The notes beneath the pieces were generated by a model, which ran no database searches, was not told where the DNA came from, and saw nothing but the letters and a program-made list of their open reading frames with translations. This document shows positions 10,849 through 21,335 of a stretch of DNA of 64,000 nt, piece by piece (positions within the stretch are counted from its first letter, which is position 1; every line of letters starts with the position of its first letter). Source of the stretch: Candidatus Spongiisociaceae bacterium (GTDB taxonomy: Bacteria > Actinomycetota > Acidimicrobiia > Spongiisociales > Spongiisociaceae); NCBI GenBank assembly GCA_965262915.1, contig OZ253564.1, positions 1,184,001 through 1,248,000 of the forward strand. Reading direction: 5' to 3'. A program made the translations under genes and the position numbers.

Positions 10849-11019
10849 CGAGGCTCACGATTATCCAGGTTGGCGTCACTCGTTCCTTCGCCGTTCCCTA
10901 GCCGTCCGGCCGTGAGTGCCAGGTGGTTCATCAGGTGCCGGGACCAAGGCAAGGCATGGGTATACGAGTAATCCAGCATCTGTTCCCGTGTTGGAGCACA
11001 CCGGTCCCGGATCGCCCGC

Positions 11020-11975
11020 TCAGAGGAACTGCCGGATCTCGAAGCGCTCCTCGTTGGGACCGGCCAGGATCGCGATCCTGTATCGATCGGATCCCACCAC
11101 GACTTCGGCGGGACCGGCGAGGATCTCTTGGGGACTCGCTCGGCCGACGACCGCGTCCAAGTCCTCCACATCGTGGGTGTAGAGAGAGATGCCGAGGTTA
11201 CGCGGATGCATCCGGCCGGCCAGCCGAGGCCCGGTGCCTTCGTAGAAGTGGACCAGCAGGTACTTGCCGCTCGGGTCCGGTGGGGCGTTGAAGACGAGGA
11301 AGTGCATGGGTGTCCGCGCGGAGCCCCGACTAGCTCATTGGCGACCTCGAGCAGGTCGTCGGCCACATCGGCGGCACTGCGGACGTTCATCCCCAGTACC
11401 TCCCCGTAGAACCGCCTGCTGCGATCCGGGTCGTCACAAATCACCGAGACTGTTGCGATCTCGCTGTAGCGGGCGCCGGGCGGCTGCACCCGGTGGGAGC
11501 TGGCGGGGTGGTTGACCACCACCATGAGCAGGGACGGAACCCCGTCCGGGCCGGTGAAGAGGAGTTCCTCGGTCTCGGTGGGCCCGATCACGTAGTGGAT
11601 GGGTCGCGATCTAGGCGGGAATCCGGCCGCAGTCATCTCGGCGATGGCTTCATCCAGATCGTGGTTCACGTAGAAATCGATGGCCTTCGGGCCGACATCC
11701 ACCGCCGAGTCCGGGCCGTCGAAGTCGTCTCGGACCCGTCGCGTGGCGGCGGGCTCATGTTCCACCAGCCTCAGTTGCCCGCTCGGGTATCCCTGGTAGG
11801 AGAGGTGAGTCACCTGCGCTGAGACGCTCCCGTTGAGTTCCCAAAGATCGAGGAGATCAGGGCTCGCTTCCCACTCGGCCTCGATACGGAGTCCGACCAC
11901 ATCCCGGAACAGGCGCAGGGCATCCTCGGTGTCGGTCACACCGATAGTCACGATTCGTAGCGGCCCAACGGACAT
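11020..11975 (-). pseudogene. Two-domain VOC family protein, frameshift near 11320
   Basis: IVTIGVTD, GQLRLVE, VGPKAIDFYV, GPDG; continues GKYLLVHF...AGPNEERFEI; close paralogue of 44427-49337. Confidence 0.82.
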
Positions 11976-12005
11976 CCCGGACCTTCCCAGAGAGCGCGAC
12001 CTATC

Positions 12006-13026
12006 TTATTGTCGGGGATCTCCGAGGATCGCGCTGCGCAGTTCGGTCCGGGCGGTCCGAACATCATCCGGGGTGAGGCCGAACGCTTCCGGCATGTGCG
12101 AGTAGAAGTTCCCGCAGTTGACCGGAACCACCTCTTCCACCTCGCCGATGGCGTCGAGATCCGCCCGTACCCGGTCGGGCGTACTGACCAGAACGAAGTC
12201 GCGTACCAGGTCGTCGGGCAGCAGCCGGCCGGCTTCTGTCCAGAGTTCCCTCTCGACGAGAACGACGAACTCGTTCCTGAACTCCTCTCCGGCTGCGTCG
12301 GCGAGGCGGGCCCATGTACCAAGCGCGCGACATGGCGATCGTGAGATCGGCACGGACCCTTAGGAGGGCTTCCTCCTCGTCCCGGTGGACCGACACCACC
12401 ATCCCGGTGCTCAGGTGGAACGGGGCGGCCGCATCCCGGGCCCCGGCAACGATGGACACGCGGTTGCGCATGACGCGGCGAGCCGTCATGAGGTGCATGA
12501 CCAGCCCGTCGGTGGCTGTAGCCGCTCACTGAACCGTGCGAGGGCCTTGCGCACCGGTCACCACGGGTACCCGGCTCCTATCGAGGCCCAACCCGGTAGA
12601 GGCGGCCCGGTAGTGCTCAGTGGTCATCTCGACCGGCTCGCCGGCTGGTCCCCGCAACACCCCGAGGACACACTCGGTGAAGTTGCGCAGGCGTCCGAGC
12701 GATGGCCGGTATCCGACGCCGAGGGCATGTTCGTTGGTTGTGGGTGTGCCGATCCCCAGCCCGAGCGTGAAGGTGCGTCCGAACCCGGCGATGCCGGCGG
12801 TGGCGAGGGCGGTCTGCAGGGGTGATCGGGTAGGGAGGGCCACGCCTATGCCGAGCGATACGTGGTCGGTGGCCGCAACCGCCAGAGCTGCGTCCACGAA
12901 GCCGTCCCGCCCAGGGATGTCGGCCGAAAGTATGCTGCTCACCCCAGCTTTCTCGGCGCGGGCACAGTCCTCGTACCAGTCACGGGATGTTTCTGACAGG
13001 GCTCTCGAATAGCCGACGGATGCCAT
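12006..13026 (-). pseudogene. LLM-class flavin/F420-dependent oxidoreductase, internal TGA (12526) and frameshift
   Basis: LGIGVALPTRSPLQTA, FTLGLGIG, GAQGPR; paralogue of 43403-44416. Confidence 0.8.
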
Positions 13027-13070
13027 GGATACCCTCGATGTCGTCGGGGTTAGAGTCAGCCCGGCCAGCC

Positions 13071-13134
13071 TAGTGGTATGTCTGTGAAATGGCGTCGATG
13101 GCAAGCAGAGCACGGTAGGTTGTTTTGCAGACAG
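13071..13134. promoter_or_regulatory. Divergent intergenic region with two opposed copies of the CAGACA(G/T)ACCAC / GTTTTGCAGACAG motif
   Basis: 13071-13090 on - strand reads ATTTCACAGACATACCACTA; 13122-13134 on + strand reads GTTTTGCAGACAG. Confidence 0.6.
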
Positions 13135-13150
13135 GGCACAAGGAGGGACG

Positions 13151-14077
13151 TTGATCTCACCCATATCGGTTGCAACGGTCGGAGTCACCGACCTCGAGGT
13201 CTCTGTCCACTTCTACCGGTCTCTCCTGGAATGGGAAGTTGTAGCCACAGGAGAGGTGGGAGGCCCTGATCTCGAGGCCCTGTGGCGTATGTCGCCGGGT
13301 CTGAGCGGACGGGCCACGGTAGTCGGCGCTCCGGGTCTGGAACTGGGGCGGGTTCGCCTCGTGGAATGGGACCGGCCCGGCGAGCTGGTTCGGGATCCCG
13401 CCCGCAACCAGGACTTCGGCCACTACGCGCTGAACTTCCGCGTCGAGGACTTGCAGGACGTGTGGGAAGGGCTGGAGGACATAGGCGGTAGCGCTCGGTC
13501 GAGGCCTAACACGTGGGTGGTGGCCGAAGGCATACTCGCCCACGACTCGCTGTGCTACGACCCCGACGGCATCACCTGCGACGTGTTCGAGCTTCCCGAC
13601 GAGGGCCCGCTCGGCCCGCTGGGTGATCGTGCCTCCAGCGAGCTGCAGACGATGGCCATCCGCCCCCGTGACATCGCTGCCTCGGCCGCCTTCTATACCG
13701 GGCTGGGCTACGAGACATGGTACGACCAGAAGACCGACGGGATCGAGGGATTCCTCCACCTGCCGGAGGGCACCACCCTCCACAACGTCAACTTCCACAT
13801 GCCTTCGCAAAGCCGCAACGGACGGGTCGAGTTGGCCGCTTACCTGGGCTTTCCGGGCGTCCCGACTTCGCATCGAGCCGTCCCGCCCAACATCGGGATC
13901 ATGTCGATCACCTTCGAGAGCGACGACTTCGACCGGGACGCGGAACTGGCCGAGGAACTCGGAGCCACGATGGTCGCCCCGTCGCGCCAGGTCGAGGTCG
14001 GTCCCTACGGCGCCACCCGTGTAGCTACCTACCTGGGTCCGGACGGCGAGGCCATCGAACTGGTCGACATCGGATGA
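13151..14077 (+). CDS. Two-domain VOC/glyoxalase family protein (intact)
   Basis: AGGAGG RBS; repeated beta-alpha-beta-beta-beta pattern; YDPDG, GPDGEAIELV. Confidence 0.88.
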   Translation: MISPISVATVGVTDLEVSVHFYRSLLEWEVVATGEVGGPDLEALWRMSPGLSGRATVVGAPGLELGRVRLVEWDRPGELVRDPARNQDFGHYALNFRVEDLQDVWEGLEDIGGSARSRPNTWVVAEGILAHDSLCYDPDGITCDVFELPDEGPLGPLGDRASSELQTMAIRPRDIAASAAFYTGLGYETWYDQKTDGIEGFLHLPEGTTLHNVNFHMPSQSRNGRVELAAYLGFPGVPTSHRAVPPNIGIMSITFESDDFDRDAELAEELGATMVAPSRQVEVGPYGATRVATYLGPDGEAIELVDIG

Positions 14078-14646
14078 GCATCCCGGGCGTGCCCTTCGAG
14101 GAGATGGACCCGGCGATGCGCCGCCGGGCGGAGGTGGCAGCCGAGCTGACCGGTGACATACGTTTCATCCGGGCCATAGCGGCAGTTCCTCATATGGCCG
14201 ACTTCTACTTCGGCAACTTCTACGAGCATGTGTTCTTCGGCGGCGACGTGCCGATCGTGACCAAGGAGTTGGTCCGCCTGCGCCTCTCGAACCTGCACGG
14301 CTGCGCCTTCTGAAACCACACCAATCCCGTCTCGGCGAGACGGCAGGGAGTAACCGAAGAGCAGATCGCAGCAGTGGCCGGCGACATCTGGTCGGGTCCG
14401 TTCACCGAGGCGGAGAAGGCGGCGCTGGCCACCGTGCTTTCCAACGCAGTACAGGACGGGGTGGTTGACGAGGAACTGGCGACCGAACTCCGCCGTCACT
14501 ACCCCGACGGGCAGATCATGGAGCTAGCGATGGCGATCGCCATACTGGTCGGGATGGCCCGCCTGCTGTTCGCATTCGATCTCGCCGACCGCGAGTTGGC
14601 ATGTCCCGTCGGGCGCCTCTCCGATAATCGAAGCATAGGTGACTGA
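14074..14646 (+). CDS. AhpD/carboxymuconolactone-decarboxylase-like selenoprotein (CxxU), UGA at 14311
   Basis: KELVRLRLSNLHGCAF-UGA-NHTN...EAEKAAL...QIMEL in one frame; hairpin CCGTCTC-GGC-GAGACGG at 14327-14343. Confidence 0.8.
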
Positions 14647-14664
14647 GGTGTTCCTCTGGTCCGA

Positions 14665-15675
14665 TCAATGGAGTTGGGTGTAGCCGGGTACTTTTTCGTA
14701 GGGACTGTCCAGATAGACCTTTGCCTCGGGCGCGCCACTGAAACGACCGTGGCTCCACCGTACCTCTACATGGCCATCCACGCGGATAGCCGTACCCGAA
14801 TACTTGTCGGTTAGCTCGGACCACCACCTGATCATTGGCTGCCCAGCGTTGAGGTCCGGGCGCACGTCTAAGGATCGGAAGGTGTAGCGGCGCCGGAAGT
14901 CCCATGGAGTGTCAACTCGGTAGCGCATCGGAAGCTTCGTAGACGCAGCACCCAAGATGAAGTAGGGTGCCGACTGCAGCCTCAGTAGCCGCCACAGAGT
15001 CTCCTCCCTGACCTTCTTACGTTTACCCAAGGCTTTTTGCCACCGCGCAGCAGAGGTCCGCGAAACGGCGATGCAAAACCGCTGGTACGGATCCATGAGG
15101 GTCTCCGGCCAGTGTCGCTTGAACTCCTCTTTCAATCGAACGCGATCCTGCTTCGTCAGATCACCGACTGATCCTGGTAGATTCGCAGTACCCAAATAAC
15201 TCCGGCACGCTCGGTAGAGATCCTGGTACTCGGCCGGGGCCACCTCGGAGTACCAATTCACCGGTGGCCCGTGGCGTGCGGCGAGCAACCGGACGAAGAG
15301 GTGAGAAGGTGATGCGTTATACAAGACCTTCGACATGTATTTGCAGCTCACCAGGTAGACATAGTCCACCCGGAGATCGGCAGGTACCTGCTCGTAACCC
15401 GGGGCCTTGTGACTCCCCTTCCATTCCACGCGGAGCGGTTTTCGGTTGCGGAGGCCTTCGGACGAAGAAGCGAACATTTCGCCGTTGTTCCAAGCACTGC
15501 TGAACAGCCGCCCGTGCTTCCCCGCTTCTCTGGCTCGTGCTAGACGATCAAAGTTCTCAGCGGTTACGTTCAGGATCTCAGCCGGACCGGTGAGCAGTGC
15601 TGTGTCCAGGGACTCGACCCCGAGCATGCCCAACCCTGTAACGATCTCGGTCAGTTCAGTCCGGAGGCTGGGCAT
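14665..15675 (-). CDS. Putative type II restriction endonuclease
   Basis: Directly downstream of a DNA methylase; PD-(D/E)xK-like PADLRVD...VSCK. Confidence 0.6.
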   Translation of the reverse strand: MPSLRTELTEIVTGLGMLGVESLDTALLTGPAEILNVTAENFDRLARAREAGKHGRLFSSAWNNGEMFASSSEGLRNRKPLRVEWKGSHKAPGYEQVPADLRVDYVYLVSCKYMSKVLYNASPSHLFVRLLAARHGPPVNWYSEVAPAEYQDLYRACRSYLGTANLPGSVGDLTKQDRVRLKEEFKRHWPETLMDPYQRFCIAVSRTSAARWQKALGKRKKVREETLWRLLRLQSAPYFILGAASTKLPMRYRVDTPWDFRRRYTFRSLDVRPDLNAGQPMIRWWSELTDKYSGTAIRVDGHVEVRWSHGRFSGAPEAKVYLDSPYEKVPGYTQLH

Positions 15676-15715
15676 CGATGCTGGACTGTCTCAATCTCCG
15701 AAGGTCACGCGTCAC

Positions 15716-16690
15716 TTAGGGCCGCTGGCCAGCGAGACCTATCTCTTGACTGGTGCCCCCGGAGTCATCGAGATTGGCGATACGGGCTCTGGCTAGCTTC
15801 ACGTAGTCGGGATCGATGTCATAACCAACGGCGCGGCGGTTGGCCGCCTTGGCCGCCACCAGGGTAGTTCCCGAGCCCATGAACGGATCTAGGACCAGGT
15901 CTCGCTCATAGGTGTAGAGCTGGATAAGGCGCGCCGGTAGCTCAACCGGGAATGGTGCCGGATGGCCGATCCTGCTGGCGTGGGCGGGGGGGATATCCCA
16001 GATGTCGATCGTTGCCTCCATGAACTCGTCGCGGCCGATGGTCGACTCGTACGGCATCTCGTCGGCTCTACGCTGGGCAGCAGTACGGGCTCGGTTGAAG
16101 CGGCCCTTTCCGGCCACGATGATGCGTTCGGTAACGTCTCGCAGAACAGGGTTGGCCGGGCTGCGCCATGATCCCCATGCACATGAGCCGCCCGCGGCCT
16201 TGGCCTTTCTCCAGATGATCTCGCCGCGCAGGAGCAGCCCGAGTTGGTCTTGGAGTATGCCGATCACATCCGCGCTCAAGCTACGGTATGGCTTGCGGCC
16301 GAGGTTGGCGACGTTAATGGCCATCCGACCGCCTGGTTCGAGCACCCGCACGCACTCCCGGAACACGCCGCTCAGCAGCGCCAAGTATTCCACATAGGAT
16401 TCGGGCACCTGCCGACCTGCTACTGCCTGCTCGTACACCTTCCCTACGAAGTAGGGCGGTGAGGTAACTACGAGGGCGACGCAGTTGTCGGGCAGCGCAG
16501 CCATCTCCCGACTGTCACCGTGGATCGGTCGAGGCTCGTCGAAACCCTCGGCGACCTTGACGCGATCGTCGCTCGAGAGTTCCGGTGGAGGGAAACGGGC
16601 GTAGAACGCAGACGCGTCGTGGCCCTCGCGGCGGCCCGATCCGAAACTAGAGGTAGCTGTACTCCGGCGCGTTTGCCGTGCATGATCCAC
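15716..16690 (-). CDS. Site-specific DNA methyltransferase (N4C/N6A, beta class)
   Basis: VTSPPY (motif IV) precedes HPAPFP and DPFMGSGTT (motif I). Confidence 0.93.
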   Translation of the reverse strand: MDHARQTRRSTATSSFGSGRREGHDASAFYARFPPPELSSDDRVKVAEGFDEPRPIHGDSREMAALPDNCVALVVTSPPYFVGKVYEQAVAGRQVPESYVEYLALLSGVFRECVRVLEPGGRMAINVANLGRKPYRSLSADVIGILQDQLGLLLRGEIIWRKAKAAGGSCAWGSWRSPANPVLRDVTERIIVAGKGRFNRARTAAQRRADEMPYESTIGRDEFMEATIDIWDIPPAHASRIGHPAPFPVELPARLIQLYTYERDLVLDPFMGSGTTLVAAKAANRRAVGYDIDPDYVKLARARIANLDDSGGTSQEIGLAGQRP

Positions 16691-16845
16691 CCCGCACCTC
16701 CTCCTTGCCTATATTACAGCCTTGTAATTACAAATGTAGCCTCCGTGTGTGACGGGACACCTTGTAAGGGGAAGCCAGGTCTGCGAGATCGAGTGATCAC
16801 GCAAGCACTGCCGTGCTCCGACTGCAGTGACGCTTGCCAGGCATG

Positions 16846-17706
16846 TCAATTACCTGTGATCAGGTACGAGAGTGTGCGGTTGGCGTTCATGGGGGCCCAC
16901 TGCTTGAAGCCGGGCCAGTGGCCGTAGCGAGGCCTCAAGCGTTCGGCCACCCTGGCGCAGGTCTCGTTGCGGACCCGCTCGGTCATCTGCATGCCGTCCT
17001 CGCCGGGTAGGGGTTTCTGGCCACCCATCGAGTCGAACTCCTAGGCGGTGATGCCGATGAGTTCGTGGAAGTAGTTGCGATAGTCGTCGGCCCAGGAGCG
17101 GTCCCCGGGGCCGAGATGGCCACCCATGACGATGTCGAAGTGCTCGTCCTCGAGGGCGTCGAGCGTGGAGACGATCCCGGCCAGATCCGAATCGGCCAGG
17201 TCCCGGTAGGGGGCGACCCCGGGCTCGATCACATCCGAGAAGACCATCAACCTGCCGCCGTCCGTATCGGCGAACAGAGCAATGTTCGAGGTCGAGTGGT
17301 TGGGGCCGAAGTACCGGGTTCTGAACCGCACGTTGCCGAACTGAAGCACCTCCTCGTCGGCGACCAGCCGGGTGGGGATCCGCATGTCGTCGGCCCCTCT
17401 CCGCACGATCCGCTCCGCGGCCAGCGGGTGAGCGATGACTTCGGCGTCCGGATTCAGGACCCGGGCGCCGAAGGCGTGGTCACGATGATCGTGGGTATAG
17501 ACGATGGCTACTACAGGAGCATCGGTGACGGTGGTGATAGCTCTCCGGTAGGTCGCCGCGGCGGTGTCGTTGATCCGGTCGACCGCGCAGACGCCTTCCG
17601 AGCCAACGAAGAACGGGCTGGCGTAGAACCCGGCGCGCCACCTGAATATGTATACGTTCCTGCCCAGGCCCTCGACTTCCCAGTCCGGGTTGGCTTCTGT
17701 CATCAT
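16846..17706 (-). pseudogene. MBL-fold metallo-hydrolase with one in-frame TAG (17041-17043)
   Basis: YTHDHRDH, GPNHS, MGGH; the frame continues past TAG to ...LSYLITGN*. Confidence 0.78.
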
Positions 17707-17759
17707 CCATCCTCGCTCTTGCGGCCCTGCGGGGCGCGCACCACCGACGGATGATAGGT

Positions 17760-18125
17760 TTACGTGGGCACCCGGGTGTTCAGTTCGTATCCCAGGGCGG
17801 TGGCGGTGATGACCTCCCGGCCGGATGCCCCCACCATCTCGCCGACGGCCAGCGCCATGGCCGAGATGGGCGCGAACATGTGAACTCCCCTTCCCTGCTC
17901 CTCGAAGTCGGAGTCCGACGCCATCTGAGAGTTGATTCCTGCTGCGAGCCCCGCGCCGACCCGCCCGCCGTCGCCCACGATGGTCGCCTGGGGGGTTCCG
18001 CCCAACCACCTTCCCAGGGCGGCGAACGGCCGGTCGACGATGTCATAGCTGAAAAACGTGATGGCCAGGTTGTCGAGGGTGGCGCGTTTGATGGTCTCGA
18101 CGGATTCCCGCGGTATGTCCTCGAA
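17760..18125 (-). pseudogene. N-terminal fragment of a MmgE/PrpD family gene
   Basis: FEDIPRESVETIKRATLD...AAGINS...DFEE...H...SGREVITATALGYE. Confidence 0.7.
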
Positions 18126-19327
18126 CAGGTCGGGCCGTTCGATGGCCAGCTGCAGGCCGAGTACCGCACCCGTGTGGTACCCGTACACGTCGTAGTCGTC
18201 GTGACCCTCGGCATCGCAGACGTCGGCCACCAACCGGGCGAGGTCCGCCAGTCGGGCTCTCCGGGGACCGGCGCCGAGTCCCCGTTGCCCGGTGTGTCGA
18301 GCGAGAGGGTGGGCCGACCGGTTCCCATCGCCGTCATGAGCGGTTCGAGGCCGGCGCTCGATCCGGGCGGTGAGGCCTGCAGGAGGAGCAGGGGTCTCCC
18401 GTGCCCGGGACTGCGCCGTACCAGCATCTGGCCGACCGAAGTCGACACGTATCCGCGCCGGACAGCGCCCGGCGCCGGGGTAGCGGCACGAGGTGGGGGA
18501 GCATCGGCTAGCCGGGACCCCGCCAGAAAGGAGCGGATGAGCCCGACCAACTCGCCCCGGTCGCCGGTCCGGTGGATCCTGACCTCCGTGTTGGAGGCCG
18601 GTTCCGGCAACCGCTCAATGTGGCCGGCGAGGGGATCGTCGGGACCGACGGTGATCATGGTCGGCATGGTCAGACCGGCGAGGGCCCCGGCGGGTTCGTA
18701 CCGGAAGGAGGCGTGGTACAGCTGCCACCAGAGCGGGCCCGCCCGCAACATGTCGACCACCTTGTCGTGGAGCACCTCCGCGGAGGGCATGTCGACCCTG
18801 CGCCGGGCCTCCGGAGTCCGCCGGTACCAGGGCCAGAACAAGAGCATGTCGCGCCGGATCGCCCACGCCCTCACCAGATGGGATCCGTCCCAGCGGGGTT
18901 CCAGAGAGGGCGTGTAGTTGGCCAGCAGGTCAGTTCGCTCATCCTGGGTGTAGGTGCCCAGGGCGTTGAGGACTAAGCGATCGACGCGCTCCGGATGGCG
19001 ATAGGCGAAGTCCAGGGCCAGCGTGGCCCCCGTGTGCGATCCGTACAGGTCGACCCGCTCGAGCCGGAGCCAATCGAGGGTCTCTCCGAGAGCATCGGAG
19101 TAGTCGGCGCACGCCGGCGCGGAGAGCCCGAGACCCGCCGACTCGCCGGCTCCCGGCGCGTCGAGGGCGATCACCGTCCGGTCAGCGGCAAGGTCAGCCA
19201 TCAGGGGCTCGAGAGCAAGCGAACTACCGGGGGCGGGATGGAGGAGGACCAGCGCCGGACCACGGCCCGCCCGCCGGTAATGGACCTCCCTGCTGCCCAC
19301 GTACCCGAAATGCTTGAGCGTCGTCAC
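18126..19327 (-). pseudogene. Tandem alpha/beta-hydrolase, frameshifted and truncated; paralogue of 49580
   Basis: VHYRRAGRGPALVLLH, DAPGAGES, LYGSHTGA, FWPWY; second domain DTPGNGDS, VYGYHTGA. Confidence 0.82.
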
Positions 19328-19573
19328 GCCAGCCGACTCCTCCCGGTTCGTCACGGCTGTCACCCGTCCCGAGGTTGCAGCCAAGGCGCGGGTGGCATCT
19401 CGCCATCCGTCGTATGGCAGTCGCCAAGGTCGTCGGGACCGTACATACCGCCCCGCCACGGTAGTCGAGGCGCAGCCATCCCGAGCGGCTGGACGGGCCC
19501 GGCCGGGTTGTCACCTGCCGGTGGTAGCGGGCTGCAGAGGTCGCGTTCCGCAGGTGGCGGTGGATCTCCCTAG

Positions 19574-19671
19574 GGGAATGCTGAAAAACGGGTAATTGGT
19601 TGGCCTTCCGTCCGCTGACCTGGGAATTTGTCATCGACCGTCGGGCTAACCGGGGGTCTTGCAGCACTTTC
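19574..19671. mobile_element. 98-bp MITE-like element flanked by CTAG
   Basis: CTAG-GGGAATGCTGAAAAAC...GTCTTGCAGCACTTTC-CTAG; sits at the stop codon of the carboxypeptidase. Confidence 0.65.
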
Positions 19672-21156
19672 CTAGGATGCTCGTTGTGCGGATGTCGCCG
19701 GTGTGAAGGTGATGGCCGTGAACTCCTCGAACCCGTAGTCGAGCAGTACGGACACATCGCGGTAGTGTTCGTCGGAGCCGAGCACTACCGCGTATAGCCG
19801 TCTCCCGTCCCGTTCGGCGGCTGCCACCATGGTGAGAACCGCACGATTGGTAAAGCCGGTCTTGATGCCGATGGCCCCCCGGTACTGGTCCAGCAGCTTG
19901 TTGCGGTTCCTGCTCGCTCGCTCCTGACCGTCCGGGGCGGCCGGGAGGAAGATCCTTGGCGCCGCCACGATCCGGGCAAACCCCTCATCGGCCATGGCGG
20001 CCAGGGACAGCGTCAGCAGGTCGCGGGCCGAGCTGTAGTGGTCCCGGTGATCGAGACCGTGGGGATTGACGAAGTTCGAGTTCTCCAGGCCGAGGTTGCC
20101 GGCCTTGGCGTTCATCAGGGCAGCGAATCCTTCCACCGATCCGCCCACGTGTTCGGCCAGCGCCACCGCGGCATCGTTGGCGCTCCGAATTAGCAGCGCT
20201 GCCAGCAGTTCCTCGACCGTCCAGGGGTCCTCGTGGGGGATCAGGCCGATCTCCGACTCCCCCGCAAGGGTGGCCTCCTCGGAGATCTGCACCCTGTCGT
20301 CGAGTTCCGACTCCCCGAGCACCACGAGTGCGGTCACTATCTTGGTGGTGGATGCGATCGCCCGCCGGACATCGGCCTTGTATCCGGCAAGGACCTGCCC
20401 GAAGGTATCGTCGTAGAGAATCCACGCCCGGGCGGACACCTTGGGGGGCGGCGGAGCGACCAGCCCACCGTCCGCGAGCACCAGGAAGGTCCTCTCCAGG
20501 GGTATGTCGCGGGCCCGGTGGAGGAACGTGGCCATCTGTCCCCGCGTCACGTCGGTCCCCGGGCAATACCGGGACGGTCGGGTGTCACAGCCCACCGTGA
20601 TACCGGCCGTCGCCAACGAGTTGATGTTGCCGGAGTGGACGTTGCCCTCGACGTCGGTGAATCCGGCATCCTCGGCCCCTGCCCGCAGCCGGTAGGCCCT
20701 GCTGAGGAAGCTTGCCATCTGTGCCCGCGTCACGGTTTCGTAAGGGCAGTAGCGGGCGGGTTCGGTCTTGCAACCCTTGGTGACACCGACAGTCGCGATG
20801 CGGGTCACGTACGGCGCCCACCACTCGCCATCGCGCACATCGGCGAAAGGAGAGGATCCTGCCGACCCGATATCGCCATCCGCCCCGATCGCGCGGGCGA
20901 GCCACACGGCCATCACCCAACGCTGGACCGGTTCATAGGGACAGAAGAGCCGGACGCCGTCCTCGCCGCATTCCGTACCTTCCAGGATTCCATCGGCTTC
21001 CAAGGTCTCGATGGCCGGTGCGTGAAGGTTCCCGTCGTCGATGTCTCCGAAACCGCTCGCCCCGGCTACGGTCGTCAGCCCGGCAACCAGCCAGAGCAGC
21101 AAAGCCGCCACCGAGATCTCGCGGCGAATCAGTGGCTTACCGAACTTCCTGGACAC
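19672..21156 (-). CDS. Secreted D-alanyl-D-alanine carboxypeptidase (S11) with N-terminal SLH-like repeats
   Basis: Signal peptide; three F.D...YCP...TR.QMA.F repeats; SxxK (ASTTK), SAN, KTG. Confidence 0.9.
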   Translation of the reverse strand: MSRKFGKPLIRREISVAALLLWLVAGLTTVAGASGFGDIDDGNLHAPAIETLEADGILEGTECGEDGVRLFCPYEPVQRWVMAVWLARAIGADGDIGSAGSSPFADVRDGEWWAPYVTRIATVGVTKGCKTEPARYCPYETVTRAQMASFLSRAYRLRAGAEDAGFTDVEGNVHSGNINSLATAGITVGCDTRPSRYCPGTDVTRGQMATFLHRARDIPLERTFLVLADGGLVAPPPPKVSARAWILYDDTFGQVLAGYKADVRRAIASTTKIVTALVVLGESELDDRVQISEEATLAGESEIGLIPHEDPWTVEELLAALLIRSANDAAVALAEHVGGSVEGFAALMNAKAGNLGLENSNFVNPHGLDHRDHYSSARDLLTLSLAAMADEGFARIVAAPRIFLPAAPDGQERASRNRNKLLDQYRGAIGIKTGFTNRAVLTMVAAAERDGRRLYAVVLGSDEHYRDVSVLLDYGFEEFTAITFTPATSAQRAS

Positions 21157-21335
21157 TTGCCTTCCTCCCCGGGTACCGGGTTACGCCATGCATCTCCGCC
21201 GAGCGAACCGAGCGTTCCGTCCCTCGTTGACACCAATCGAAGGTCCACACGGGTACCTCCGCCGCGATTTCCACTATCGAGAGCTTCATCGGGCTACGTG
21301 ATGCCGGATCGCGATCCCCGGTCCGCGGGCCGCTG

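Noticed and set aside
13099-13130. Sigma-54 promoter (TGGC...TTGC) within the shared upstream cassette
   Set aside because: The GG-N10-GC spacing is not met in the copies examined.
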